DNA of 64,000 bases, taken from Candidatus Micrarchaeota archaeon (lineage in GTDB: Archaea; Micrarchaeota; Micrarchaeia; Anstonellales; Bilamarchaeaceae). The notes under the pieces were generated by a model, which saw nothing but the letters and a program-made list of their open reading frames with translations, had not been told where the DNA came from and did not search any database. The DNA is taken from contig JBFLVJ010000004.1 in NCBI GenBank assembly GCA_040758595.1, forward strand, positions 3,896 through 67,895. The letters are read 5' to 3'. Of this stretch, positions 18,591 through 27,708 are shown in pieces; the first letter of the stretch is position 1; the number at the start of each line of letters is the position of its first letter. The translations under genes were made by a program, and so were the position numbers.

Positions 18591-19742
18591 ATGCGCCTCG
18601 TGATAACCACCCCGTTCCTGGAGACGCGGGGCGGGATGGAGCGTGTCATCCTGCAGATCGCCCAGCGATTCGATGCGCGCATCCACTGCCTCAGCTACGA
18701 TGCGGACGACACGTTCCCCGAGTTCTCGAAGCTGGATGTGGAGGTCGCCAGGCCGACGTTCCTGCGCAGCCTGCCCTTCGGGAAGCGCGTCTCGACCGCC
18801 ATCGAGGCCGGCTATCATTTCTACAACACCGAGCTGGAGGACTACGATGTCATCAACGCCCACCAGACCCCGAGCGAGTGGATACGCAACCGCAACTCTC
18901 CGGTGATATGGTATTCGCATACGCCGAACCGAGAGGCCTTCGACCTCTATGAATGGCGGATGAAGCGCAGGAGCCTCCCGTCGAAAGCGGTCTTCTGGTC
19001 TTCTATCCAAGCATTCAAATTCTTCGAATACCGTACCGTCCCGAAGCTGGAGCACATATTCACGAACAGCCTGAACAGCCAGGCGCGCATCAAGAAGTAC
19101 CTCCATCGCGAATCAGAGGTCCTGCATCCGGGCGTCGATTCCGACAGGTTCTCATGCAAGGCCTACGAGGACTTCTTCTTCTATCCATCGCGCATCGCGC
19201 CCGAGAAGGAGATAGAGTACGCCATCGAGGCTTTCAAGATATTCAGGAACCGGGTGGACAACGTGAAACACGGAACCGGGAACTGGAAGCTCGTCATCGC
19301 AGGCGCGCTCTCGAAGCGCCCGGAGCATATCGCCTACTTCGACAGGCTGAAATCCATGTGCGACGATTCCATAGCCATCGAGACCAATGTGGGTGACTGG
19401 CAGCTGCGGGACCTCTACGCCCGCTGCCACGCGGTCCTCTACACCCCCGTGAACGAGGACTACGGCCTGGTCCCACTGGAGGCCATGGCATCATCCAAGC
19501 CGTGCATCGCCAGGAACGAGGGCGGTCCGAAGGAGACCATAATAGACGGGAGCGACGGCTTCCTCATCAACAGCATCTGGGAGATGGCCGGCAGGATGGA
19601 GAAGCTGGCCAAGGACCAGGAGCTCTGCGCATCCATGGGCAAGATTGGCAGGCGGAAAGTCAAGCGCGACTTCACTTGGGAGGCTTTCTTGAAGCGGTTT
19701 TCCGAGAAGGCTGAAGAGCTGATGTGTGCTTCTCCGCGCTAG
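18591..19742 (+). CDS. Glycosyltransferase family 4
   Basis: Clear paralog of 7682-8899 (…FFYPSRIAPEKEIEYAIEAF…VLYTPVNEDYGLVPLEAMASSKPCIARNEGGPKETI…). Confidence 0.7.
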   Translation: MRLVITTPFLETRGGMERVILQIAQRFDARIHCLSYDADDTFPEFSKLDVEVARPTFLRSLPFGKRVSTAIEAGYHFYNTELEDYDVINAHQTPSEWIRNRNSPVIWYSHTPNREAFDLYEWRMKRRSLPSKAVFWSSIQAFKFFEYRTVPKLEHIFTNSLNSQARIKKYLHRESEVLHPGVDSDRFSCKAYEDFFFYPSRIAPEKEIEYAIEAFKIFRNRVDNVKHGTGNWKLVIAGALSKRPEHIAYFDRLKSMCDDSIAIETNVGDWQLRDLYARCHAVLYTPVNEDYGLVPLEAMASSKPCIARNEGGPKETIIDGSDGFLINSIWEMAGRMEKLAKDQELCASMGKIGRRKVKRDFTWEAFLKRFSEKAEELMCASPR

Positions 19743-20406
19743 CCCTCTCCTTATCTTCTATCCTTATCTTGGCCTTCTCGATGGCCTCCTCTCTTTCCTC
19801 CTTCTCCGCTTCCTCCTCGATTTCGCTGGGTCCCTGGTCAGCCAGTCCGATGATGCTTATGAGGAATTTGAGCAGCGTCCCTACGATCAGTATCAGCACA
19901 AGAAAGGCAACGCCGGCCAGCGCGGTCAGGTGATCGGGCGGGACGTCCGCGTACACAAGGGTCATGATGACATAGACAGTGACGTTGATGGGCGGAGCGG
20001 AGAAGATGAAGAACGCGAAACCCTTGGGAAGCAGGTGGAAGTACGTCATGTACATCAGCAGGAAGCTGGCGCCGGCGAGGCCGAGGGACAGCGTGAAATA
20101 GAGCTCGTTCGACATCACGCTCTCCCAGGAGCCGCCGTAGTTGTACATGGTCCTGATTATGTTTATGGCGACGAACAGGAACACCATGGTGTTGCCGAAG
20201 GCGGTGTTCCAGCCCAGCTCCTCCTTCCGGTTCCTGCCGAAATAGAGCGTCATGAACAGGGTCGCGATAAGGAGAGGTATCGCGGTCCAGAGCATATCCT
20301 GGTTGTTCAACGGGGCGAGCAGGAGCTCTATCAGGCGTCCCTGCACCGCATACGCCAATCCCATGGCTTCGGTCTCAAGGCTCATGCTCCATAAACAGCC
20401 GAGCAT
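19672..20406 (-). CDS. Hypothetical polytopic membrane protein with charged C-terminal tail
   Basis: At least five hydrophobic helices followed by a Glu/Lys-rich tail. Converges on and overlaps the GT4 3' end by 71 nt. No recognisable family. Confidence 0.45.
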   Translation of the reverse strand: MLGCLWSMSLETEAMGLAYAVQGRLIELLLAPLNNQDMLWTAIPLLIATLFMTLYFGRNRKEELGWNTAFGNTMVFLFVAINIIRTMYNYGGSWESVMSNELYFTLSLGLAGASFLLMYMTYFHLLPKGFAFFIFSAPPINVTVYVIMTLVYADVPPDHLTALAGVAFLVLILIVGTLLKFLISIIGLADQGPSEIEEEAEKEEREEAIEKAKIRIEDKERASAEKHTSALQPSRKTASRKPPK

Positions 20407-20437
20407 GATTTAAAACCTCTCCCGGATAGTCCAAGCC

Positions 20438-21343
20438 ATGAAGATCCTCGTCACAGGAGCCCTAGGATTCATAGGCTCCAACCTCACCGAAAGGCTGGTC
20501 AAGGAAGGCCATGAAGTCACAGCGCTCGACAACCTGCACACAGGAAGCGAGAGCAACCTGGAATCCGTGAAAGAGAAGGTGCGCATCGTGAAGAAGAACG
20601 CCGGCGAGGTCGGCTCGCTCGGCGAGGGGTTCGACGCCATCTTCCACCAGGGCATCTACTCCTCTTCGCCTATGTACAAGGAGAACCCCCGCTTAACAGC
20701 CACGGTGCTGGACGAATGGCTCTCCATCCTCGAATACGCCCGCAAGCACGGAGGCGCTCTCGTCTATGCCTCATCAAGTTCGCTCTACAACCGGAACCTC
20801 CCTCCCCACAGGGAGGACATGGAGATATTCGCCACGGACTTCTACACCGAAGGGCGCTTCTCCATGGAGCGGCTCGCGAAGATATACTCCGAGCTCTATG
20901 GCGTGAAAAGCGTCGGCCTCCGCTATTTCAGCGTCTACGGCCCCCATGAGCGCTCCAAGGGCAAGTACGCCAATCTCGTCACCCAGTTCCTATGGTCCAT
21001 GCAGAAGGGGGAGAGCCCGCTCATATTCGGCGACGGCAAGCAGACCCGCGATTTCATCTCCGTGGAAGACGTGGTGGAGGCCAACATCCGTGCCATGTCC
21101 TACAGGCAGACCGACGTGTTCAATGTCGGCACGGGCAGGAGCGCGAGCCTCAACGAGGTCGTGGACCTCCTGAACAGCGAGCTCGGCACATCGATAAAGG
21201 CGTCCTACAAGCAGAACCCGATAAAGAACTACGTCCAGCATACCCAGGCCGACACCAGCAAGGCAGAGGACCTACTCGGCTTCTCTGCGCGCACGGCCCT
21301 CGAGGATGGCGTGAAGAGGCTCATCAAGCATTACGCCGGATGA
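20438..21343 (+). CDS. NAD-dependent nucleotide-sugar epimerase (UDP-Glc/GlcNAc 4-epimerase-like)
   Basis: ILVTGALGFIGSNL, YxxxK (YSELYG region) and extended SDR fold. Confidence 0.7.
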   Translation: MKILVTGALGFIGSNLTERLVKEGHEVTALDNLHTGSESNLESVKEKVRIVKKNAGEVGSLGEGFDAIFHQGIYSSSPMYKENPRLTATVLDEWLSILEYARKHGGALVYASSSSLYNRNLPPHREDMEIFATDFYTEGRFSMERLAKIYSELYGVKSVGLRYFSVYGPHERSKGKYANLVTQFLWSMQKGESPLIFGDGKQTRDFISVEDVVEANIRAMSYRQTDVFNVGTGRSASLNEVVDLLNSELGTSIKASYKQNPIKNYVQHTQADTSKAEDLLGFSARTALEDGVKRLIKHYAG

Positions 21344-21347
21344 TGGC

Positions 21348-22985
21348 ATGGAGAGCGAAGAGGCCCCGGACTACTCCAAAGAGGTCGCGAAGGGCAGCTT
21401 CTGGGGGCTAGCAGGCTCCATATTCTTCAAGCTGGTGTCCTTCTTCTATGTAATCCTCATAGCCAGGATGGCATCCCCTGATGATGTAGGCATATTCTAT
21501 CTCTCCATAGGCATCCTCGGCATCATCAGCATCGTCAGCGACCTCGGACTGCCTAACTCGCTCCAGCGCTACGTCCCGTTCTTCGAAGGTAAAGGCGAGA
21601 AGCGGAAGATAGGCGGCATATTCGTGAGCAGCTATATCCTCTCAGGCCTGGGCGCGCTGGTTTTCACGGTGTTGGTGTGGGCGGGCGCCGATATTTTCGC
21701 ATCGCTCTACCAGAGCGCCCCTCTCGCCGACGCCATGCGTGTACTATCGGTCTACGTGCTATTCTACTGCTTCCTCAAGATAAACACAGTCTACCTGCAG
21801 GGCCGCGGCGACATCAAATCAATGCAGATGATTTCCAATCTCCAGAACATCCTCAAGCTCGTCCTGACCATCGCCGCTTTCTATCTGTTCGGCGCTTCCG
21901 TGGTGACCCTGACCGGGGCTTTCACGCTTTCGGTCGCGCTGACCTGGGCGCTTTCGTTCATACCGGTATCGGGGCGGCTCGCCGACATCCCCATCAAACT
22001 CGAGCTCCCCGAGACCCCTCTCCTGAAGGAGCTCGTCTATTTCGGTTTCATGCTAACAATAGTACAGTCATTCTGGTTCATAATAGCCGCCACCGACAAG
22101 CTCCTTATCGGTTATCTTCTTCCTGACTCCGCAGAGCTGATCGCAATCTACTCCCTGGCCGCGAACCTGGCCTTCGTCCTCACGACGCTCCCCGGGGCGA
22201 TAGAGGTGGCGTTCTTCCCGACGATATCACGGGCCGTGGGCAGGGGCCAGCCGGCCGAGATACGCTCGATAGTCTCGACCGTCCAGCGCTGGATGTTCCT
22301 CATAACGATTCCGCTGGCGATCGTCATGATGCTCTTCGCGGGGGATTTCCTGGACTTCCTCTATGGCGATCTCTACCGCTCAGGCGCGGCCGTCATGGCT
22401 ATCCTGACATTTTCATTCCTGCTGAAGAGCGTATCCTCCCCGCTCCTGATAACCCTCGCCGCCAAGCGGCTCGTGCTGCTGGAGCTGGGGGTAATGGCAG
22501 CGGTCGCATCCTTGAACCTCGCCCTGAACGTCCTTCTTATACCACGGTACGGCATAGGAGGCGCGGCCTGGGCTACCCTCGGCGGTTTCATATCCATGGC
22601 GATACTCCTTGTATTCTATTCACGCAGGACCTTCGGGTTCACCATATCCCCAGACCTCTTGAAGATAACGCTGGCCGGGGTTCTCGCCTTCGCCGCGATT
22701 CTTCTGCTAGAAGGCTTGCTCTCCTCGGTAGTCGGCCTCCTGCCGGCCCTCCATCTGGGCGGGGAATTAGACACCTATGTCCCCAAGCTCATCTATCTCG
22801 CATATGCATCCTTCCTGATGGCGATATCGCTGCTCGTATTCATGGCGATGTCGATGCTGCTCAAATGCCTCCATCCTGACGATTTGGAGCTGATGAGGAA
22901 GATAATGCTCCGGGCAGGCATCCCCCGGGCAGCGGTAGATAAGGCGATGGGGATAGCATCCCTCGGCGTGTCCGGCGGGGGCTGA
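21348..22985 (+). CDS. Polysaccharide/oligosaccharide flippase (Wzx-like, MOP superfamily)
   Basis: ~14 predicted TM helices. N-terminal polysaccharide-biosynthesis-protein pattern (…GSFWGLAGSIFFKLVSFFYVILIAR…). Confidence 0.7.
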   Translation: MESEEAPDYSKEVAKGSFWGLAGSIFFKLVSFFYVILIARMASPDDVGIFYLSIGILGIISIVSDLGLPNSLQRYVPFFEGKGEKRKIGGIFVSSYILSGLGALVFTVLVWAGADIFASLYQSAPLADAMRVLSVYVLFYCFLKINTVYLQGRGDIKSMQMISNLQNILKLVLTIAAFYLFGASVVTLTGAFTLSVALTWALSFIPVSGRLADIPIKLELPETPLLKELVYFGFMLTIVQSFWFIIAATDKLLIGYLLPDSAELIAIYSLAANLAFVLTTLPGAIEVAFFPTISRAVGRGQPAEIRSIVSTVQRWMFLITIPLAIVMMLFAGDFLDFLYGDLYRSGAAVMAILTFSFLLKSVSSPLLITLAAKRLVLLELGVMAAVASLNLALNVLLIPRYGIGGAAWATLGGFISMAILLVFYSRRTFGFTISPDLLKITLAGVLAFAAILLLEGLLSSVVGLLPALHLGGELDTYVPKLIYLAYASFLMAISLLVFMAMSMLLKCLHPDDLELMRKIMLRAGIPRAAVDKAMGIASLGVSGGG

Positions 22986-23058
22986 AGGCCTCCTTTTCCG
23001 GAGTGCACTCCCTTTTAAAGGCTTCGAGCCATTATAGTGTTTCATTTGGGGTATTGAT

Positions 23059-23907
23059 ATGTTAGAAGATGTCCTTTTCGGCCAGTTGGCCATGCCCGGC
23101 GAACTCATCCGCGTGCTCTTGGCGTTCATCGGGACCGCAGCCGCCGCTTATTACGATGTGTTCAACAAGAAGAACATCCCGGACAACCTGCTCTATGCGT
23201 TCCTCGGGATAGCCTTTCTCGTCAACCTGATCCTTTTCCAGGAGACCTTGTTCTGGTTCTCCATAGCAGCGGCACTCTTCCTCTCAGCGATAGGATACCT
23301 GTTCTACAGGGTGGGCCAGCTGGGCGGAGCCGATGTCCTGGTGCTCGCTTCCATAATGCTGCTGCTGCCCATACACCCGACGTTCGTGGGCCTGCCTTTC
23401 AACCTGCCCTTCATATTCTCGGTGTTCATATTCTCAGGGATAGTGTTCGCGCTCTACGTGCTGATATATTTCGGCTGGAAGCTGACAGAGATAGACGTCA
23501 AGGCGAACTGGGTATATGCGCTGGTGCTCCTGCCCTACGCTGTGTTCGTGTACTTCTTCATCAACTCGTTCCTGTTCTCCCCGGTGTTCCTGCTTTTCGT
23601 CACGATAGCCATCCTATCATCGGTGTTCTTCCTGATATTCAGGGATTCGCTGAACCGGCTGCTGGCCGAGGAGCTTCCGGTGACGCAGCTCCAGCCCGAG
23701 GACGTCCTCGCGCTCGAAGTGATGAACAAGGACATGATAGAGAGGTACAAGATACAGCGGCTTGTCACCAAGGGGGAGATAGATCGCCTGAAGAAGACCA
23801 AGGTGGCTGAGGTCTGGGTATACACCAAGCTGCCTCCGTTCCTGCCGTTCATACTGGTGGGCATGGTGCTCTCGCTGATATTCGCGAAAACGCTCCTGCT
23901 GCTCTGA
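23059..23907 (+). CDS. A24-family prepilin/preflagellin peptidase-like membrane protein
   Basis: Polytopic membrane protein with two conserved Asp contexts (…AAAYYDVFNKKNIPD… and …GQLGGADVLVLASIM…) that resemble the FlaK/PibD catalytic motifs. Confidence 0.45.
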   Translation: MLEDVLFGQLAMPGELIRVLLAFIGTAAAAYYDVFNKKNIPDNLLYAFLGIAFLVNLILFQETLFWFSIAAALFLSAIGYLFYRVGQLGGADVLVLASIMLLLPIHPTFVGLPFNLPFIFSVFIFSGIVFALYVLIYFGWKLTEIDVKANWVYALVLLPYAVFVYFFINSFLFSPVFLLFVTIAILSSVFFLIFRDSLNRLLAEELPVTQLQPEDVLALEVMNKDMIERYKIQRLVTKGEIDRLKKTKVAEVWVYTKLPPFLPFILVGMVLSLIFAKTLLLL

Positions 23908-23963
23908 GCGGCAGCCCGCAACCATTAATATGGTTTGCCGGAGCTATCATCCCGGGTACACAC

Positions 23964-25148
23964 ATGGATGCGGCAACATTCATCAACTACGCGATAGCGT
24001 TCTTCTCGCTCTTCTCCCTCAACGTATTCATACTGCTCTATCTCAAGCACCGCAAAGACTACCATGCGCCACTCAGGCAGAGCGGCTGGACGCCTTTCGT
24101 CTCGGTCGTGATGCCGGCGCACAACGAGGAGCAGTACATAGTGCCTTCCATAAGGAGCATCCTGGGCACAGACTACCCGAAGGACAAACTGGAGATCATC
24201 ATCATAGACGACGGCTCGACCGACAACACCTACAAGGTCGCAAAAGCGTTCGAAGGCCCGAACCTCCACGTATTCACGAAGGAGAACGGCGGCAAGGGCG
24301 CGGCCCTGAATTTCGGCATCACCAAGGCCAAGGGAGAGCTGGTCGCCACCATGGATGCGGACTCCTATCTTACCCCTAGCACCATACGCAATCTCATCCC
24401 CTATTTCGAGGACGATGAAGTGATGGCGGTCACCCCGGCAGTCAAGGTCAAGGCCAGCTCCTCCTGGCTCAAGGAATTCCAGCGCGTGGAATACCTCATG
24501 ATACTCTTCTCCAGGAAGCTCCTGAGCTTCATCGACTCGGTCCCGGTCACCCCGGGCCCGTTCAGCATGTTCAGGAAAACCGTCTTCGAGAAGGTCGGCG
24601 GTTTCGACGAGCACAACCTTGTCGAGGACCAGGAGATCGCATTGCGCATCCAGGCGCACCACTACAAGATAAAGAGCTCGATGACCGCCGACGTCTACAC
24701 CGAGCCCCCGGACAACATCGGCGACCTGGTCAAGCAGAGGGTGCGCTGGCAGAGGGGCGGCATCCGCAACTATTGGAAGTACCGCAACCTGATAAAGCCA
24801 GAATATGGCGATTTCGGAATGTATTTCGTCCCGCTCAATTTCGCCGCGCTATCCGCGTTCTTCCTGATAATGGGGATCCTCATCTATTCGCTGATAACGA
24901 TGCCATACTACTACCAGTATGTCTGGTTCGAGACGCTCGGGATGCAGGTGAACATGGTGACGTTCGTCGGAGCGTTCGTGGTAATCGTCTCGACCATCTT
25001 CCTGTACCTTGCGGTCAAGAGCTTCAGGAACGAGCATGTGAAACTGCGCTACTTGCTCTCCTTCCTTCTCTTCTACTGGTACCTGATGGTGGGATACAAC
25101 ACCCTGTTCCTCTTCAAGGAGCTCAAGCGCGAGAAATACTCATGGTGA
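23964..25148 (+). CDS. Processive family-2 glycosyltransferase (membrane-embedded synthase type)
   Basis: N-terminal TM helix, …VVMPAHNEE…, DDGSTD, DAD, and the QRVRWQRG (QxxRW) motif followed by four C-terminal TM helices. Confidence 0.7.
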   Translation: MDAATFINYAIAFFSLFSLNVFILLYLKHRKDYHAPLRQSGWTPFVSVVMPAHNEEQYIVPSIRSILGTDYPKDKLEIIIIDDGSTDNTYKVAKAFEGPNLHVFTKENGGKGAALNFGITKAKGELVATMDADSYLTPSTIRNLIPYFEDDEVMAVTPAVKVKASSSWLKEFQRVEYLMILFSRKLLSFIDSVPVTPGPFSMFRKTVFEKVGGFDEHNLVEDQEIALRIQAHHYKIKSSMTADVYTEPPDNIGDLVKQRVRWQRGGIRNYWKYRNLIKPEYGDFGMYFVPLNFAALSAFFLIMGILIYSLITMPYYYQYVWFETLGMQVNMVTFVGAFVVIVSTIFLYLAVKSFRNEHVKLRYLLSFLLFYWYLMVGYNTLFLFKELKREKYSW

Positions 25149-25152
25149 ACCA

Positions 25153-25803
25153 ATGGAGCGGCAGATAAGCGTATCCATCTATGCGGGCGCGTTCGTGATA
25201 TCGCTCGCCATATTCATGGTCGGCATCTACATCGGCATGCTCATCGATTCATCCAACCTAGCCCAGCTCTCGGATGACGTCTCATCAATATCCGGGCGCA
25301 TGGCATCATTGCAGGTGCTTCTCTTGGGAGGGGACAACGAATCATTCTGTCCCATATACACATCCGAGCTCGGCGAGATGGACAAGGAGATCGAAGACAT
25401 CGGATACAAGCTCACCTTCCTGGAGGACGAGCGCAACGTCTATGACGCCGAATTGAAGAAGGAATACTTCCTGCTGGAGGCGCAGTCATACCTGCTCTCC
25501 GAGAAGGCGCAGGAGCTGTGCGGGGATGAGAGCGTGCTGCTCATCAATTTCTATTCCAACAAGAACTGTCCGCGCTGCCGCGAGCAGGGGACTGAAGTAT
25601 TGAAAGCGCGCGATGAGCTGGCTTCAGAAGGCGTGCCGGTCAAGCTCTTCTCGTTCGACGGCGAGCTTGATAGCCCGGTGGCCGAGGCGTTCGAGGTCCA
25701 GTTCGGAGTGAGCGGGTATCCGACAATCGTGATAGATGGGAAGAGCTACTCTGGCTTCAGGAGCAGCGACGAGCTGCAAACGCTCATAAGGGATGCGCAG
25801 TGA
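25153..25803 (+). CDS. Membrane-anchored thioredoxin-fold protein (CxxC)
   Basis: N-terminal TM helix. CPRC motif preceded by …LINFYSNKN…, consistent with a thioredoxin-like fold. Confidence 0.4.
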   Translation: MERQISVSIYAGAFVISLAIFMVGIYIGMLIDSSNLAQLSDDVSSISGRMASLQVLLLGGDNESFCPIYTSELGEMDKEIEDIGYKLTFLEDERNVYDAELKKEYFLLEAQSYLLSEKAQELCGDESVLLINFYSNKNCPRCREQGTEVLKARDELASEGVPVKLFSFDGELDSPVAEAFEVQFGVSGYPTIVIDGKSYSGFRSSDELQTLIRDAQ

Positions 25804-26057
25804 TAGTCGAAGTCACCGTGGCGCCTAATTCGAAACGCTTCTCGTTATCCGTGAAAGACGGCAGGCTCAAGGCGGCTCTGAAGAGCCCGCCCGAGAACAA
25901 CCGCGCCAACATCGAGCTTATCAAGGGGCTTTCCAAGGCGCTCGGCGCTCCGGTTCGCATCATCAGCGGCCAGACTTCCAAGCGGAAGAAGCTCGACATC
26001 GCGATTGACGAAGATGGCTGGGGTGCTTTCCTGCGTGGCCTCAGGGAGCAGGATTAA
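25800..26057 (+). CDS. DUF167 (YggU-like) family protein
   Basis: 85-aa protein whose pattern (…[30 protein letters not shown]…) matches DUF167. Confidence 0.55.
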   Translation: MIVEVTVAPNSKRFSLSVKDGRLKAALKSPPENNRANIELIKGLSKALGAPVRIISGQTSKRKKLDIAIDEDGWGAFLRGLREQD

Positions 26058-26083
26058 AAACCTGGAGCGAGCGTTATCTGAAG

Positions 26084-26677
26084 GTGAATACTAATATGGC
26101 TGATGTAGCGCTTCTCGGATTAGGACTGTTGCCGGTGGCTTTGTGCGTAGGGCTTATTTTCCTCGGCCTGCTGGCATACGTGGTGATGGCCTACAACAGG
26201 CTGGTGACCCTGCGCAACCGCGTGGAGAACGCCTGGGCGCAGATAGACGTGCAGCTCAAGAGGAGGTACGACCTCATCCCTAACCTCATGGAGACCGTCA
26301 AGGGCTACATGAAGCACGAGAGGGAGACCTTCGAGAGCATCACCAAGTACCGCGCACAGCTGGTGACCGGCAGCGTGGAGGAGAAGGCGAAAGCCAACAA
26401 CATGCTTTCCCAGGCGCTAAAGTCGCTCTTCGCGGTGGCCGAGAACTACCCGAAGCTGGAGGCGAGCAAGAACTTCCAGATGCTCCAGGAGGAGCTGGCA
26501 GGCACCGAGAACAAGATATCATACATAAGGACAGCCTACAACGACGCGGTGCTCCAGTACGACAACGGCATCGAGACCTTCCCGGGCAACGTGTTCGCGG
26601 GCCTATTCGGTTTCAAGCCTAAGCAGTACTTCGAGGCTCCTGAAGCAGAGAAGGCGGCTCCGAAGGTAAAATTCTGA
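26084..26677 (+). CDS. lemA: LemA family protein
   Basis: N-terminal TM helix, then …[32 protein letters not shown]…[20 protein letters not shown]…, which is typical of LemA. Confidence 0.7.
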   Translation: MNTNMADVALLGLGLLPVALCVGLIFLGLLAYVVMAYNRLVTLRNRVENAWAQIDVQLKRRYDLIPNLMETVKGYMKHERETFESITKYRAQLVTGSVEEKAKANNMLSQALKSLFAVAENYPKLEASKNFQMLQEELAGTENKISYIRTAYNDAVLQYDNGIETFPGNVFAGLFGFKPKQYFEAPEAEKAAPKVKF

Positions 26678-26823
26678 TGTTTTTCTTTTCTTAGGCTTTT
26701 TTGACAATAGGGCACAGGACCCCGGCGCCCCTTGGGCGCCATCCCGTGCCGGTGGTAAGGCGCTGACGCAGGACCCGACATCCTTCGGATGCCCCGCGTC
26801 GGTATTCGTTTCAGGTCTGGCTT

Positions 26824-27708
26824 ATGCAGGAGAAAATCAGCTTCTTCGACGCGATAGACGCCAACAAGCGCAACACCTACATCCTGATAGGAGCGATGTT
26901 CGCGATTTTCCTGGGCCTCATCTGGTCGGTCTCATACATATTCGATCTGGGCTACTGCGGCCCTGCGATGGGTTTCCTGTTCCTGCTCGTCTACACGATC
27001 ATTGTCTATTTCCAGGGCGACTCGGTCATCCTGGCCCTCAGCGGCGCAAGGGAAGCCAAGAAGCAGGAGTATCCGTTCTACTACAACGTGGCAGAGGGCC
27101 TCGCGATTGCATCTCAGATACCCATGCCAAAACTCTACGTCATCGAGGATCCGAGCCCGAACGCCTTCGCCACAGGCAGGGATCCGCAGCATGCATCCGT
27201 GGCGGTGACCACCGGCCTCCTCAGCATGATGAAGAAGGAGGAGCTGGAAGGCGTCATCGCCCATGAGATATCCCACATAGCCAACTACGACATCCGCTTC
27301 TCCATGATGGCGGTCGTCTTCGCAGGAGCGATTGCCCTCCTGGGCGAATTCGCCTGGAGGGCCATGTTCTACGGCGGAAGCAACCGCAGGGAAAAAGGCG
27401 GCGGTGCCATGATGCTCATCGCCCTCGTCTTCGTGATACTCGCTCCGATATTCTCGCAGATAGTGCGCTTCGCGATATCCAGGCAGAGGGAATACCTGGC
27501 GGACGCCAACGGAGCCAGGCTCACAAGGTACCCTGAAGGGCTGGCGAGCGCGCTGGAGAAGATAAAGAACGCGTCGATCCCGACGAAAGCGGCCAACGAC
27601 ACCACTGCATCGCTCTATTTCTCGAACCCGTTCCCGCAGAAGATAGGGTTCCTGGGTTCCACCCATCCGCCGATAGAGGACCGGATAAAGCGCCTCCGGA
27701 CGATGTGA
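26824..27708 (+). CDS. htpX: Zinc metalloprotease HtpX (M48)
   Basis: HEISH (HExxH) motif. Four TM segments. Overall HtpX architecture. Confidence 0.8.
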   Translation: MQEKISFFDAIDANKRNTYILIGAMFAIFLGLIWSVSYIFDLGYCGPAMGFLFLLVYTIIVYFQGDSVILALSGAREAKKQEYPFYYNVAEGLAIASQIPMPKLYVIEDPSPNAFATGRDPQHASVAVTTGLLSMMKKEELEGVIAHEISHIANYDIRFSMMAVVFAGAIALLGEFAWRAMFYGGSNRREKGGGAMMLIALVFVILAPIFSQIVRFAISRQREYLADANGARLTRYPEGLASALEKIKNASIPTKAANDTTASLYFSNPFPQKIGFLGSTHPPIEDRIKRLRTM

